This document shows positions 1-13,738 of a stretch of 64,000 bases of DNA, piece after piece. A program made the translations under genes and the position numbers. How positions within the stretch are numbered: position 1 is the first letter of the stretch; every line of letters starts with the position of its first letter. Below the pieces are notes generated by a model, which saw only the letters and a list, made by a program, of their open reading frames with translations, ran no database searches and was not told the origin of the DNA. The stretch is from Phoronis australis (taxonomy: Eukaryota > Animalia > Phoronida): NCBI GenBank assembly GCA_002633005.1, contig NMRA01000137.1, forward strand, positions 372,001 through 436,000, in the 5' to 3' direction.

Positions 1-548
1 TTCATTTGCCTGTGAGGTAAGGCGGTATCAACAGACTCGAAACTGCTTGAGACAATGGGGGTGATAACTCTTAAACGTGGGGCAACTCGACGTCAAAAAT
101 GGGTGAAAAAATGACAATTAGTTGACTGCACTCATCAAAACACTGCTCGCGTATCCGATAAACTCAGTTTCCCTACTCGCGAACACGGCTCACGGTTCTG
201 CGAGATACGGCTAACCGACCGCCAAAATCAAAACACGGCTGGCGTACCTCAAAAACTCGTGCACAGACTTAGCAAACGCGACTTATTTACTGTCCATCAC
301 AGGAGGGTACACGAATATGGATATCTTCTCGTTGGATTCTGGATACTCGCCTACAGAGAATAACATCTCCCAGTGATCGGGTTGTACGTGATAAAACCCA
401 CTGGGCATCCTGCTTTGCGCCACACGAAGCTCAAGGTGCACACCAGAGCACCGATACCGTATCGTAACTTCACAAGCACATTGTAGATGCGTACACGTAT
501 ACATGTATGTAATATCAGCGAACGGCAGCAAAGTTGATCGTAGACTGA

Positions 549-700
549 CATTACTTAGCACGAATTCGCCGGTTGTTGTGTCCACACTAAAATGGTTCTG
601 CATGTTTGTACTGACACGCGCGCTCTCACGTTTACGTTGTTAAAATTGATGGTAAAACAAAGGCATATTGTCCTAAACAACAATGCATAACAAATGATTT
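549..700 (+). repeat. Dispersed repeat, copy A (related copy at ~23579-23735)
   Basis: Shared blocks cattactt(a)gcacgaattcgcc, gttgtgtcca, ttctgcatgtttg, tttacgtYgttaaaattgatggtaaaac, ttgtcct(t)aa(a)caacaa occur in the same order at both sites. Confidence 0.75.
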
Positions 701-3700
701 TGCAGCTCCTTCTAAGTGCACAAGGAATGGAACCGTCCTTCGAGGATTGAGTTAGGGGTCGATCTTTAATTCCTGGGTTTTCTTGGGAGAGGAGGCAATT
801 TTTCTGTTATATATTTATGTAGTTAGCGTTTTATTGTTATTTTCCCCGGCACCAACGTGTCATATGTTATTTTCATAGAATAAGTTAAATGTAAACAATT
901 AAGATTGCGACGCTATTGATAAAAATAAAAGAAACTAAAGAAAAACACAACAAGATTGTTGATCTGTAGTGAGTTTTAGTTAGAAATCATGACAGCTGCA
1001 CAGTCGACCAGACGGCCATCTAGGCAGACCATAAATTTAGACATTATTTGTTAAACAGAGAATTCATTACATTTTCATCAAGTTAAAACTCTCTTGCACA
1101 GCTGGCACGATTCAACAGCCTGTGCGCAAAGATGGTAGACAACCGAAAGTATTGATTTGTGACTGGTCCGGCAATGACGCAATGACCTCAGAAAGTAAGG
1201 CATACGCAAGCTGAGCGTGCTCAGTATTAGCGGGGCGGACAGATGAAGTTGCGTCTGAGTGATAGCGAACAAGTACACGGACGTCTGGCATAGCCGAGTT
1301 AAAAGTCACTCTGGTATCAACGGCTATCGTCTGCTACGGCAAGATTCCGCGCACACAAGCGGCCGCTCGTAATAGACAATTGATGGACACGCAATAATCT
1401 GGATTAACAATTAAACAGCTAATTCTGCGTTAACGATCGGGAAACTTGAGTGTTGCCCGCAGACTCCAGCCTCAAGGGACGTGCTTGTGCGGGGGCGTGA
1501 GCAGCAGATACACAAATTATTCTAAATAACGAGAAGATCAAAGCGTTTCACAGGTAAGCGTACGGCGTATTTTACTTTGCCTGGACTTTGCCAAGGCGAG
1601 TGTAGTGAAGTCTCAGTTGAGCTATGTTTCCTGTTCACAGTGACGTACTAAGGAAATCAATTTCTCCAATCAATCTATACCTTTCTTAATTGTTGGGGAG
1701 CAAGTCACTGATAAATTCACCTATGATGCGAGTTTCCGCATGAAAGCCTTCTGTGTGAGAGCTGAGACCAGCTATGCGACGGGTAGGAAATGTACAGTTC
1801 AATTTCCCAAAAAACTAAATACATCTAATACCGCGTTCATTTCTTATCCACAAAACTCGTCACATAGCACTCTTCTAGCTATTTCAGTTTTATTTCGTCT
1901 CTTATGTCCACGACACCCATGATAGTACTGATACTTATATGGATATTCCCTCTTCGTTTCAGCTTTCATTTCCCAAAACGAAAGAAACAGTTCTGTGGTG
2001 TGGTTGTTAAACCTCACTTCACTGATCCAAATCAATCTGTATGAGAGTGTTATCTTCTGTAAATATTGTCCAAGTCGTATGTAGACCCCACATTTATCTT
2101 CTCTAAATTAGGATTTGTCGGAGCATTCAAATTTGGTGATCGATTTTCCAAATCAGAACCACAGTGGCACAGGCCGTCGTGACACGTGACACATGCATAC
2201 ACGTGTATCATCTATTTCTTGGTTTTAGGTTTATTAGGTTACTTAAGACCCTAGAGAGATATCTAAAATCTAAATTTGGCAAAATTTGTAATATCTTATC
2301 TCAGAAATGGCTGATCGGATTTGTGTGATGCATTTCGATACTACGCTTTGCTTTTTTCTCCTGTCAAACGCACAGTTAGGAATTGTTTTTAAAATGTTAC
2401 ACTTTTCCATGATGGGTAATAAATATATGATTTTTACATTTTTTATCAAAGATAAAACAAAAACGAAATGGTTATTTAAAAATCTGTTACTGCGTTTTTG
2501 AGATTTCATTTTGAACGTTTAATTCAAAAGAAATTTGGTCATGTTATTGATACCATTGTTTTGCTATGAATGTATCTATCTTCTTTGTTAATTTTTACTA
2601 AAATCTATGTTCCCGCTAACCAAGTAATGGCGGATTGGAATAAAGGCTTTCTACTTTCAGAAAAGATATACTTTTTCAGAGTTAAAATTTAGTTTTGTTG
2701 ATATTGGCTAAATACACATGCCTGTCGACAAGGTCATGCATAACATTAACATTAACATCACCCGGAAGCGGTGTACTCTTAAGTTGTGCTGAGCTATAGA
2801 GATGCAAAATGATGTCCTTCGAGCAGTTTCAGAAAATGTCCATCTGCTACCATTATTCCGTGCATGGTAGGAAGACCTACATATTACGTGTAAAATAGCG
2901 TGCGTTCGTCAAAGCACAGTCGATCACTACAAATTTAAGCACATACGACTGTACGCCTTTTTCTCAAATTTAGAACACCAAATATTTTCCAAACTGACAA
3001 GTATCCATACAATATAACCATTTCCAAAGTGATTGTGTGTTACCATTTTTACATGAAACATCGACATTTAAAATGTGCTATCTAACTGAGACGATTCTCT
3101 GACCAATTAGCTTTGCCCAGGGGCCGCTGTACTTAAAATGTGACTCGGAACCCATATTTTGTGGCACACTTCCAGTAATTTTGATCATGTGGCTTGCTTG
3201 GTTGAGTTTTAAACCTGAGTCAGACTCGAGTCTGGGTTCGGAGATTAGGCCCTTTATGGATCTTGGACATGACTGAGCTTCGACACCATAACGATATTAT
3301 AATAGAATTCTGGTTACTCTAAAATTCAGTTACGTTTTAAATAGTCTCGTTTAGAGAAAAATGTCAAACTCCTAAAACAGAGTCGCAGCTTCAACACAAC
3401 GTGAAAAATGTCACCCAGGGGCACTTCTTTGATATACATATGCTCTACAATATTTATGTTTCATAATTGCGTTTACCACCGACGAAAGTTCAACTTCAAT
3501 GCTGTACTTGAAAACGGGATGTTATACCACACGGTGTTTCTGTGATTTATATTAAAATTCGTTGTAGTCGTGTGAGTGAGAGCTATTGGTGAAACTTGTA
3601 GCTAAAATGAGCTACGACATGGCTCCACGCTTACTATGGTTTGATAACTTAGATCGCCTATACCTTCTTAATAACACTGTACGCTTTAAGGAGCCTGTGA

Positions 3701-5428
3701 CGTCATAGTGGACCATAGAACATTTCATCAATGTTTGGTATAGTCGTAATAGCGTTATTAAACAACACTCTTTATTGTCTCCAGTGGTGAATCCATGGAA
3801 AGGCTAAGTCCAGTTGCGTGAGAATGGTACACTGACGTTGAATAATGACGCAATACCCATGAGGTTTCCGCCATAGTTTATTAATTTGTTTTAAACTGTG
3901 CCAAGTTCACGCTTGAAAATTGCAAACTGTTAATTTTTATGTTTGTTGACATCGGAAATTCGTATCTGATGTTTCCACCATAGCACTTTACAAGCCATTC
4001 AGATTAACCATCAACAGCGCATACAGGTAGTTATTAATAATTTAGATAACAAGATTCCCCATCAGGTTTAATATGGTGCTCGAGTACCAGAGGCAAACAT
4101 CATGTAATTATGATATAAAGCCAAATCTGTTACCAAGCACAGACTGTATTCTTCTGCAAGTAGTTCCATAATCCTGTGTAGTGCTTGAAGTGAATTCATA
4201 GGCTTCAAGGAACTGCCGACACTACCTGCAGGTTAACGTTTTGCTGTCTGTAACTAAAACATCTATACGACTTTTGTCGGACACTAAGTCATGAATTAAG
4301 TGACATCGGTCTAGGAATAGTTACTACCTAACAGTAACAAAATGCCAAGTTTACTCAGGGGCAACAACTCATGGTCCCCTCCATCTATTACGTCATCCTA
4401 CAATACACAATACGTTTGTTTTCGCAGACGTGAATTGCTCGTATCATCGCTTCGCGTCATATAGGTGCAGAATTGAATACCCCGAAATAAACATTTAACA
4501 AAGAACTCAGTTCAAAAAGATTATCCATAAAACCGTACAAAATTAATCTGAGGTCAGATTAAATCTGTTTTCATTTGCTTTAGCAATTTCCACTCACAGA
4601 AATTGCGTAAGATGAGAGTCTATCGATTAGAAACGTTTGTTTCTTGGACGCGAGGCTACTTCTCGTACATACACATGCAAGCTGTAGACAACTGACACGT
4701 GGTAAGTAAATTATTTTCGGTTTACCATTTATCTCTTTAACAACTTTTGATATAGTACAGCATCATACAAGTCTAAAACACGTTAGCTGGATTGCGTTTA
4801 CTTTATTGGAATGAACACGTAATTGCGTGCGTGGGATAACTCGGTAATGAGCGCTCTTTGAAACTTCGTGCTGTGAGCATCCAATTTGGCATGTAAGGCC
4901 ACTGTACGGACCCAACTGTACGTGCGTTGAAGACATGACGGCCGGAACAGGCATAACTAAATCACTGCAATGAAGTAACGGTAATCTCATTTTATATCGT
5001 ATTTGACATTTTACGCGAGGTTTCGTTAAACCCTTATTATTCATCGCCTTATCGTCTTCAACTAACTTTTGGTTCAAAGCGGACCTATCTTGTGTAATTA
5101 ACGACGCGTATGAAAAATGCGTTAAATTTTTAACAAGCATTTATAACCAGGAAACGTCAGAAATATATGCTTGTTAGTCTTGGCATGCTCTATGCGCATG
5201 TGCAATGATGATTCCAAACAAGGGCGCTCTATTAGGTGCCACAGTAGATAAACTCACGGCCGGTGTGGGGACCTGCACAACGTGTTTGGACTGGTCATGA
5301 GGAGTACAGCGTTGTCATGAGCAAAATTGGCAAAACTTTCCCGACAAGGCGTACTTATGAGATCTTTTACCTCGTTACACATGACTTTTTGCATTCAGTG
5401 GAAGAGTAGTCGTTGAATGTGGCCTTAA

Positions 5429-6281
5429 AGGGAAAGGCAACCTTTTTCACGTCATTTTTAGCAAAAATAAAGTACTTTGATTATCCTAGACATATTTTTC
5501 TCTTAATTACAGGTTTTCGTAACTTTATATTAATTAATTGTCCTTTACTCCGGAAGTGACGTTTTGGGTGGCATTTTTTTCACATAGTGTGACTGTGAGC
5601 GCTGTCGAGTCAGTCATTGTTATACCTCGGCTGTGACAAGTCGGTTGTCGTTTGCTTTTGTTTACAAGTCATTCAACATGCCACACTGTTTATAGCCCAC
5701 AGCCTGTAAGCAGCCCTGCTGCGATGTTGAGTAGAGGAAGTGAATACAGGCCCCGTTCGACACTCAGTGAAGAGGACATTTCGTCGTCCAACGAATAGAT
5801 CGGTGAGCCAAACTTTGATAAGTTTACTGAGGACTTGTCTAAAGTATTGGACCTATACAGAAGGCGCCAGGTGTTTGGCGAGGGAGTCACACGGCGGGAT
5901 GTAAGAAGTTTGTGTGCTCAAGTCACCATCCACTGGGAGCGTGTAGCGGGAAACTCGGGCAAGTGGCACAATTGTTCCCCTGTCTGTGAGACGTTAATGA
6001 GTACATCTCGGTACGCAGCAACAGCGTGGCATGTTGACTGACTCGTAAACAAAAGCAAACGACGACCGAACTAATCACAACAGAGGTAGAACAATGACTG
6101 ATTCGGCAGCTCTCATAATTAGACTATATGAAAAGAAATTAGCGCGAAATACTTGCCTCCCAAAACGTCACTTCCCGAGTAAAGGACGAGTAATTGTTTA
6201 AATTAAACTATGAAAAATATGTCTGGGATAATCAATGAACCTTTTTTGCTACAAATGACATGAAAAAGGTTGCCTTCGCCT
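5429..6281. mobile_element. Non-autonomous Kolobok derivative (fold-back, both ends from the transposase side), same family as 35783-37723
   Basis: TTAA at 5425-5428 and 6282-6285. Termini agggaaaggcaacc...ggttgccttcgcct match the TIR of the 35783-37723 element. Internal ~5692-5988 matches transposase codons (reverse complement of ~36690-36985) with stops. Confidence 0.9.
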
Positions 6282-7090
6282 TTAATTAGGGTCCCTATAC
6301 TGACTATGCTCAAGAGATTTCACTGATTCTTTACACAGCGATTAACTTCGAGTGTCAATTTTTTACAATTGTTCTTGTTTGGCTAAATTTTTGTGTTTGA
6401 GCACCACCATGTAACCATAGACAACGCGCATGAGAAGTATAGTTGATATTTGTAATTTGTAGTGTAAGTTATGTTGCATTTTGTGACACCTACTCTCAAA
6501 ATATCTGTACTCGAGTTTCGCATGACTGTCCGAACTCGTCATGAGCAACTGAGTGTACGGTTTCGCATTGAGCCGCTGGTGTTTTCAACTTATTGTTGTC
6601 GTATAGTTATGCGTCAATACCTGCAAAAAGTAACTTATTCCTATACATATAAACCAGTATCTTGTTAAAAAGTGTCAAATTACTGTGCAGTCGGTTCCAG
6701 GCCAAAACTTACTGCACAGACTGTATCTCTTACAAATAACTGAGATTTGTTGGTTTCTATGACGTAAACCACCAGCACTAAACTTCAAGATTAGCCGCCT
6801 ATTGCAACGATTTGGAACCGGAAGAAATATTTTAAATTCGCATACAACAGACCCCAAGGTTTGGACCAAAAACGACTCATAACATCGATGGCATGTAGGA
6901 TCGCCCATCTAGAATTTCTCCAAGTGCTTCCAGTTCACGTCCCTTCTTAGTGGGACTGAACTCTTTCAATCTCTGTGACAAAATGCTACATATTTTGTAT
7001 ATATAAATATGTATGCTTTCAACTCCAAGCGCAGATGGGATGGGAATTTGTTAAAATATTTGCCCCCAATGGACTGCAGTTGTGACAAAT

Positions 7091-7808
7091 CAGGCCCGTA
7101 GCCAGGTGGTTCGTTCAAATCCCGCCGCGGAAAATGTCCAGCCCTATCCTATCCGATAGGATAAGATAGGATAAAGATGGACTAGTTCACAATAACAACA
7201 ACAACAGCGGCGGTGCAAGGAGTTCCGGATGGTGAGAATGAGGTGCAGCGGCCCTAAACCTTTCAGTCGCGCAGTGAAATGATGCGATCTTGACATGGAT
7301 TTGATGAATGTATCGTGGTTGATAACTCATCAATATACCTACTTCATATTCTTTTAGAAATGCAATTACGTACTCCCTTTTACATATTGGAAAGACATGG
7401 GGGCAATTTCGCATGCGCGTGAAATCCTAACAAAGTGATTTAATACCTGGGGGGTTGTTTCCGGAATAGTTGCATCTAATAACCGAAGTGTCGTTTATTT
7501 TTTCATGTAAAAGTATAACAATTACACCTGAGTCCGAAATATTTTCGGAGTAGTGAACCTTCGTAATGGTGGGCTGTTCCCATTTCCAGTGATGTAAGCA
7601 ATGAGTAACACGCAACCACATAAAAACTTTTATCCAATTATTCTCCAACTAAATATTTCCGTCCGAGGTGTAATCACTCATTTCAACACGCCTGATTTGA
7701 AAGTTTCAGGACCTTACCGAAAACTCTAGTGTCAAGGTTTGCAAAATATCAAAGGTCCACCTTTCTAGAAATTCGAACACCCCTCGCGCAATGGTGGCTA
7801 CAGACCTG
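7091..7808. mobile_element. Non-autonomous DNA transposon, CAG...CTG termini, 5-bp TSD (hAT5-like); shorter relative of 27620-29303
   Basis: TIR caggcccgtagcca / tggctacagacctg; flanks caaat / taaat. About 600 bp (7230-7808) is collinear with ~28470-29303. Confidence 0.7.
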
Positions 7809-8632
7809 TAAATTTCTCAGTTCCTCTACTTTCTCATTTTCCTGTTTACATGTAAGTCTTTGTTGTCCGAACGAGCCCCCACCCCCCATTTGGCGAATTG
7901 GGCAAACAGGTCCGCCTCAGCCCGAGTAAACGAGACGAAAGTCTCCAAAATCCACAGGAAGTTGGCCCTGATGCACAATTCGGAGGCCTGAACTTAGTGG
8001 CCCCGTTTTTTTAGTCGTCGTCGATTTCTTCCAGTAAAAGGTCCGCATACCGAAAAACCGCTGTTTATGCAATGATAGATATCTAATCCTTAGTACTTGA
8101 ACACCGTGATCAGCGCTGCCGTGAACAATTACTTCAGCTAAGTTACCTGTGCCAACACAGATTGAAGTAACAGCACTTGAAGTGGGATGATTGGAAAAAT
8201 GTGTAAAAGGTTTTTACATCGATTTCGCTCTATCCAAAATGGTTAATGACAATCTTTCTCCTCGAGAATTATTGGTAATTATAAAGTTAAACGGTTCATT
8301 TTGGTTAAAATTTGACCAATTGTTAACCAGCTCACTGACGACTCCGCACAGTTGGCTCAGGCGACACCGTACAGTCGTTTGTCTGACTGCTTAATTTACA
8401 CTTTCCATATCTTTGTTAATCAAACACTTTTAGCTGAAACTTTAGCAGAACATCCACATCTTCATAACATATTACTTACAGTATGAAATGTATTAAATCA
8501 GCGGCATAATGCATCATTTAACTTTCAACAGTATTCCTGGTTTTTTCACAACACTACGGCTACCGAGCAGCACTGGGCCGTCATTGCTGATGACTAACGT
8601 GAGCAGCCTTCAGCGCTTGTCACAACTCTTAA

Positions 8633-10315
8633 AGGAGCATGCCACCCAAAAACAACCTAATTTGTATCAATTTAGATCGAGTAGTTCTACTCTATAACGA
8701 CACGTACGGTTGCGTAACCTGACACCTGACGGCAGACGGAGGTGTTGAAATTATCCAATGACGTAGTCACACGCAGTCAGTTCAGCAGTTCACAACACGG
8801 GTTACTGGCCGGGTGTCAGCTTATCGCATGAATTCATCGTTTAACACCAATAAATCATCAAAATTCGATGTAAAACCCTTAAAAAAACACCGAGTTCTTA
8901 TAAAAACGTGTTGTTTTATTTCGTTCTTACGGATTTATTGGTATTTGGACACACCGTAGCCTAAAGTTCGGCAGGACAATAAGGTCCTTAGCAGGAGTTT
9001 GGGGTCTGTTCGGAGATAATTTCGAAGTATTTTCCGTGAGATACAGACAGGAGAACCTGGATCTGTGTTGTTTAGACTTGTGATTTTTTGAGTTCTAAAC
9101 ACAAAACGCTTGTTATCCTGGCCAGTGGCTCGGAGCCCGATCAGGCCCGTCGCGGCCGGCCGGATTGACTCCGCGTTATCCCGGCCAGTGGCTCGGAAAG
9201 TGATAGACATCACGAACATAAACCAGCCAAAGTTCAGTGGAAACTAAACTTCCAGTCAAGAAAATATTATGTGAGCCAAAGAAGAAATGTGCACGTGATT
9301 ATGTTGGTGAATTAGCCACGAAACTGCAAATCTACTTACTCGTCGGGGGCCGCGAATTCAGAGGTTCCGCTTTGGCCACAGCACCGTCAGGGCAGAAGTT
9401 GTACATTGACAATCATTATTTGAGTAATGTAAATGTAAATAAAGATTCCCCTAACACCTGGCCGTGGGATGGAAATCGAGTTGATTCACAACAGTTTTTG
9501 CCATCAAACACTAAATTAGCATGAGCTCACACGGCCTCGGTGTCCCGACAATTAGTTTTATTGCACCTAAAGCCGGTAACGCAGTGATTTATTCATTTCT
9601 GGCTTCTCAAGTCATTTGCACTCACGAACACTCCAAAGGCATTACCGAAATTGCATCTAATGACACAGATTTTGTTTCAGTTTTATATAGTATTGGTTAG
9701 GGTGAGAATAATTCATTTTGAAACTGAACGCTCAGTAATATAGAACGCCATCATGGCAACTCGCAATCCCGACTTAGGACGAGCTAGACATCATCAGTCC
9801 CGACTTCGCGGGTGGATCGTTAAGTTTTACAGGCTATCAATTCGAACAGGAATACAGTTATGAAGAAATAGTAGAGAGGCGCCGTGAACAAGCTCAGACA
9901 ACGGAACGTATGGAGTTATTTGGTAAGCCGGCATTCGTCAGGCACTGTCGACGTCTGCAGGCCACCGACACGGAGATGTTTCACGGCCTTATACTTAGTG
10001 TTTACAGCGTACATTTCATTCTTCACTACCATGAGCCACTTCCTTAGCATTTCGGACTCTCGAGGGAGTAAAATAAAAACGATATACCCGCTTTCCTCGC
10101 AGCTGCTTAGTTAGGACAAGCGGGAACGATGCACCGCAACATAGCGGCATTCACTTTGCATATGAACCACTGACGTCGCTAGCGTTGTTTCTCACCTTCC
10201 TCACAGGCTAACGCGACACCTCTTGGCAAGGTAAGGCCGACCGTATGCGTGGCGATGTGGATATAGACCGATTAAGAAGGCAAAAATGACTAATTAAACC
10301 GGGTGGCATTCTCCT
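8633..10315. mobile_element. Non-autonomous Kolobok-like element (~1.7 kb)
   Basis: TTAA at 8629-8632 and 10316-10319. TIR aggagcatgccaccc / gggtggcattctcct (14/15), with AG...CT termini. No coding remnant recognised. Confidence 0.75.
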
Positions 10316-13300
10316 TTAAGCTATTGGGCAGAACATTATCTAATTGCACATAGGATCCATTTCATATTTTAAAGACAATTTTGTTCGACTAGTGTTGTAT
10401 TCCTGCATCAAATTGCTCCTGACGACACCGTACTCCTCATGACCAATCCAAACACGTATTACAGATCCCCACGCTGCTTTATACATGCATGTCGCCATGT
10501 TTACGTACCTGGCTAATGAAAATAAAATTAGGAATGTTATTCTCATAAAATCGGTCTCGTAACATCTCTTACGGTGATGGGATTCTATTTCCGCTACCAA
10601 AAAACATCGAAACTATCATCGACTCAAGAAAACGCTTCAGAGTTTATTTAGTTTGGCTAGCCCTCGAATTGCTAATTTGAAATTAGCGCACGCGCGTTTC
10701 ACCTGTGAATTTAGTTCTGGCTCATTGACAACAATTCAAGATTGATTGAGCGTGGCCATTTTCATAAACCCCAACGTGTTTTGTTGAAGAATTCAACATT
10801 GGCATCCAAACCGGAGCGAAATGCGGCTTCAAATAGTAACGAACAATACATTGAAATGTAATTAATAAACATGCGGGATTTTTTTCATTAAAATGTCCTA
10901 CGTTTCTGGAACTCTTAAACTAATCATTTTAGTGGCACACATGTCAGCACTGGTTCGAAGATGTCACAGATTCCAGTTAAGTACATAGTCGTTTGAGCAT
11001 CTCGGTATTTTCGAAGCCTCAAATTCCCCATGGGGTTTTGCAATTACCTACTCGACTTCACGGTATTGCCTATCAACTTGAGAATTTATTCAAGTAGAGT
11101 GAACAAAACAACTCACGTGAATCCCTCATGTTTAGTGTACGGGATGGTAAGACCGAATAAAACTAAATAAAAAATGTTTTCGAAACATACCACGCCACAT
11201 CCGCAGTCGGCAAAAATCGCAAGTCCAGATCGCGTTCGCGTGCCTCCTGCTGTGAGCCGGTGCGTGGGATATTAGGCCCGAAAGGGGGAAAGTGGTCGTT
11301 ACTGTGCAAGCGAAACATTCTTAACTTTCCGTTACAGCAAATGAAATTAAAAACACCGACCAGGAGAACCCAGGTACCCTGACGGACGTTTGCTGACTGT
11401 GCTGAGTTATCCAGGTTTTCTCTCCAAGTATCTCGTTTGTTTCGTTTTCGACTCTTGCCAAAGAGGCTTTGCATTTGCAACCCCTGTCATTTTCCATTTG
11501 GCAACATGGGATTATTTCAGATTTCATTTGCCGAGTTGACGTTATGCTAAGCGTCGAGCCATGCTTCACAATCGCAAAATAAACATTCACGGATCAACCC
11601 GGCATCGGCTGACCAATGATCCCGGCATGTGAGAGATAAAAGCTAACTCTAAGAATAATTTGAAAGATTCTGTGCACACAAAACCTTTTAATATTCTCGT
11701 ATAGATAGCGTAAAATTATTATCAAGAACCGTTTAATCTGCTTGTTTACTCTACATGTACCTCTAGTTTACTTCTGCGCCAGTGCACGCGCAGTGCGCAT
11801 GTAAGCTAAACTCGGAACCGTTGTAAATTCCTTCACAGAGGCTGAACCAAGGCATTAATGGATAATGTAGGAACCGTGCGCTCGTCTGTCTACGGTAAGT
11901 CATGTGAGTTTCAAACTGCAGAATGATTACCGCATATCTGAAACCCGCGCATGCGGCAGTAGTGTTCTCCTCAGAGGAGAAAATTGAAGCTACGGAAGAA
12001 GCCGAAGTTTTCCGAATGTGTTCACTGAACTCGCGCATATCAAACCCATATCATGCTTCAATTTCTCTTGCTAGCGCAGTGCATTTACTGTTGTGTAATA
12101 GACAGGATTTCAAATTCTGTCTCTGAAACTCATGCATAACAGTAGCACTCTGCCACTGCCGTTTTGCGTCGGTGTATTAAGCAAGAGATTGCACCTATTT
12201 CACAATCCTGCCTGTACAAACATGTACAGTCATGGCATTTGCGATTGCCAACATACATGTACGACCCATTATTCACGGACTGCACGGATGCTCCGTTCAA
12301 ATACACTAGTCTGTACACGTAGCACGTACAACGAGTTCAAGGGGGCGCTGTCGCATCGGGTAACCCGGCCCACTTTCTTCGAAATAATCTCCTTTTAGTT
12401 ATATTCGTGTATAGGAACCACCGCCAATTCAATGTGTACATGCAACTGAGCCCCAATTTGCCGCTTTCATTAAAGGGACTTTAGCAAAGCGTGGGTATGG
12501 GTGAATTGACCCACACGGCCTCAAGTCTACGGTCCAGTTTTGAGGACCTTTCGGTTTTTATGTTAATGGACCCGTTGGCTCGAGTTAAGCAATCACAGTG
12601 CGCAAACGAAATTAGTTCTGTGCCAAGAACGCGGGTCATGATCCTAAAATTATCCCAGACTATGGACGAGAAAGTGATTTTCTGATATCACCCTCAGAGC
12701 AGACTCTGGGAGAACTACACCTCACTTGTAAGCTTAATCATTTTGTAGTTACTGGTCTCAATTTCGAAAAATGTATGACAGACGACGGCGGCAATTGGCG
12801 ATTTGTAATAAAATCACAACAAATTTTGTTGTTTTATAGCTCTGGTCAAATCCAATGACTTCAAGAAATCAATCCTGTCCAATATTAGTATCAAAAGTAC
12901 AGCGTTTTTCGACCGCAAAAACTATGATATCCCTTTAATTACTGCATAAATATATTCGACCGTACAAAAGCAGATATGCTGACGTGAACTACAAAACAAG
13001 TGCATATGCACGTAGCGTACGGTCGTCGTGTTTTAAGAAGCGTAGATGTCTTATTATAGTGTTATATTTCAAAAGTGTACTTCGCGTTTTCATCAACTAT
13101 CGTAGCCTTGACAAACGATCCAATATATGGATCCGAAAAATAATCAGGCAGGAGAAGAATGAGGCTACTGATAGATCATAAATTATAAGTTATCACTATA
13201 GGGGCGCGACTAACATGAACACCCATGCCACATAAAACATAAGCCACGGACAATATTGGTAATATGGAATAATAAATCGCATGAACAATCAATGGGGACA

Positions 13301-13388
13301 TGTGCATATATACAACGTAACCAACACTATTTTTATCTTTGCCCGTAGTTACCGGAAAACAACAATAACTTGTAAATATACCTGATTA

Positions 13389-13738
13389 CATTACCTTTCA
13401 AAATAAACTGGACAACACCGGAATTCGACAAAGTTTCGGAGCACAAAGCCACAACTAAATATCTATTCCGTCTCGCCTAGAACTTAAATTCGAGCAAAAT
13501 CTCGACAGGTGTTGCTGCAGGCTAATCTCGACAACTTTCTGCCCAAGTCCATTGTAAATAAACAATTAGCGGCTTAGCACAGTCAAGTCACATTAACCTC
13601 CAACAAAAGTCGACGAAAACACTGTTTCATTACGACGACAAATGTTCAACTAGACTGCCAAATAATGCATGCAAGATGTTTATACAAGTTTGACAGAGTC
13701 TGGTACCATTCTGTCCAAGTTTATTTTGAAAACTAACG
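13389..13738. mobile_element. Degraded MITE with imperfect ~25-bp TIRs, possible TA TSD
   Basis: cattacctttcaaaataaactggaca versus tgtccaagtttattttgaaaactaacg, flanked by TA on both sides. Confidence 0.4.

Noticed and set aside
12470-12939. One TTAA element from ttaaagggacttt to tatcccctttaa
   Set aside because: The two ends match only over ~4 bp; they cannot be paired confidently.
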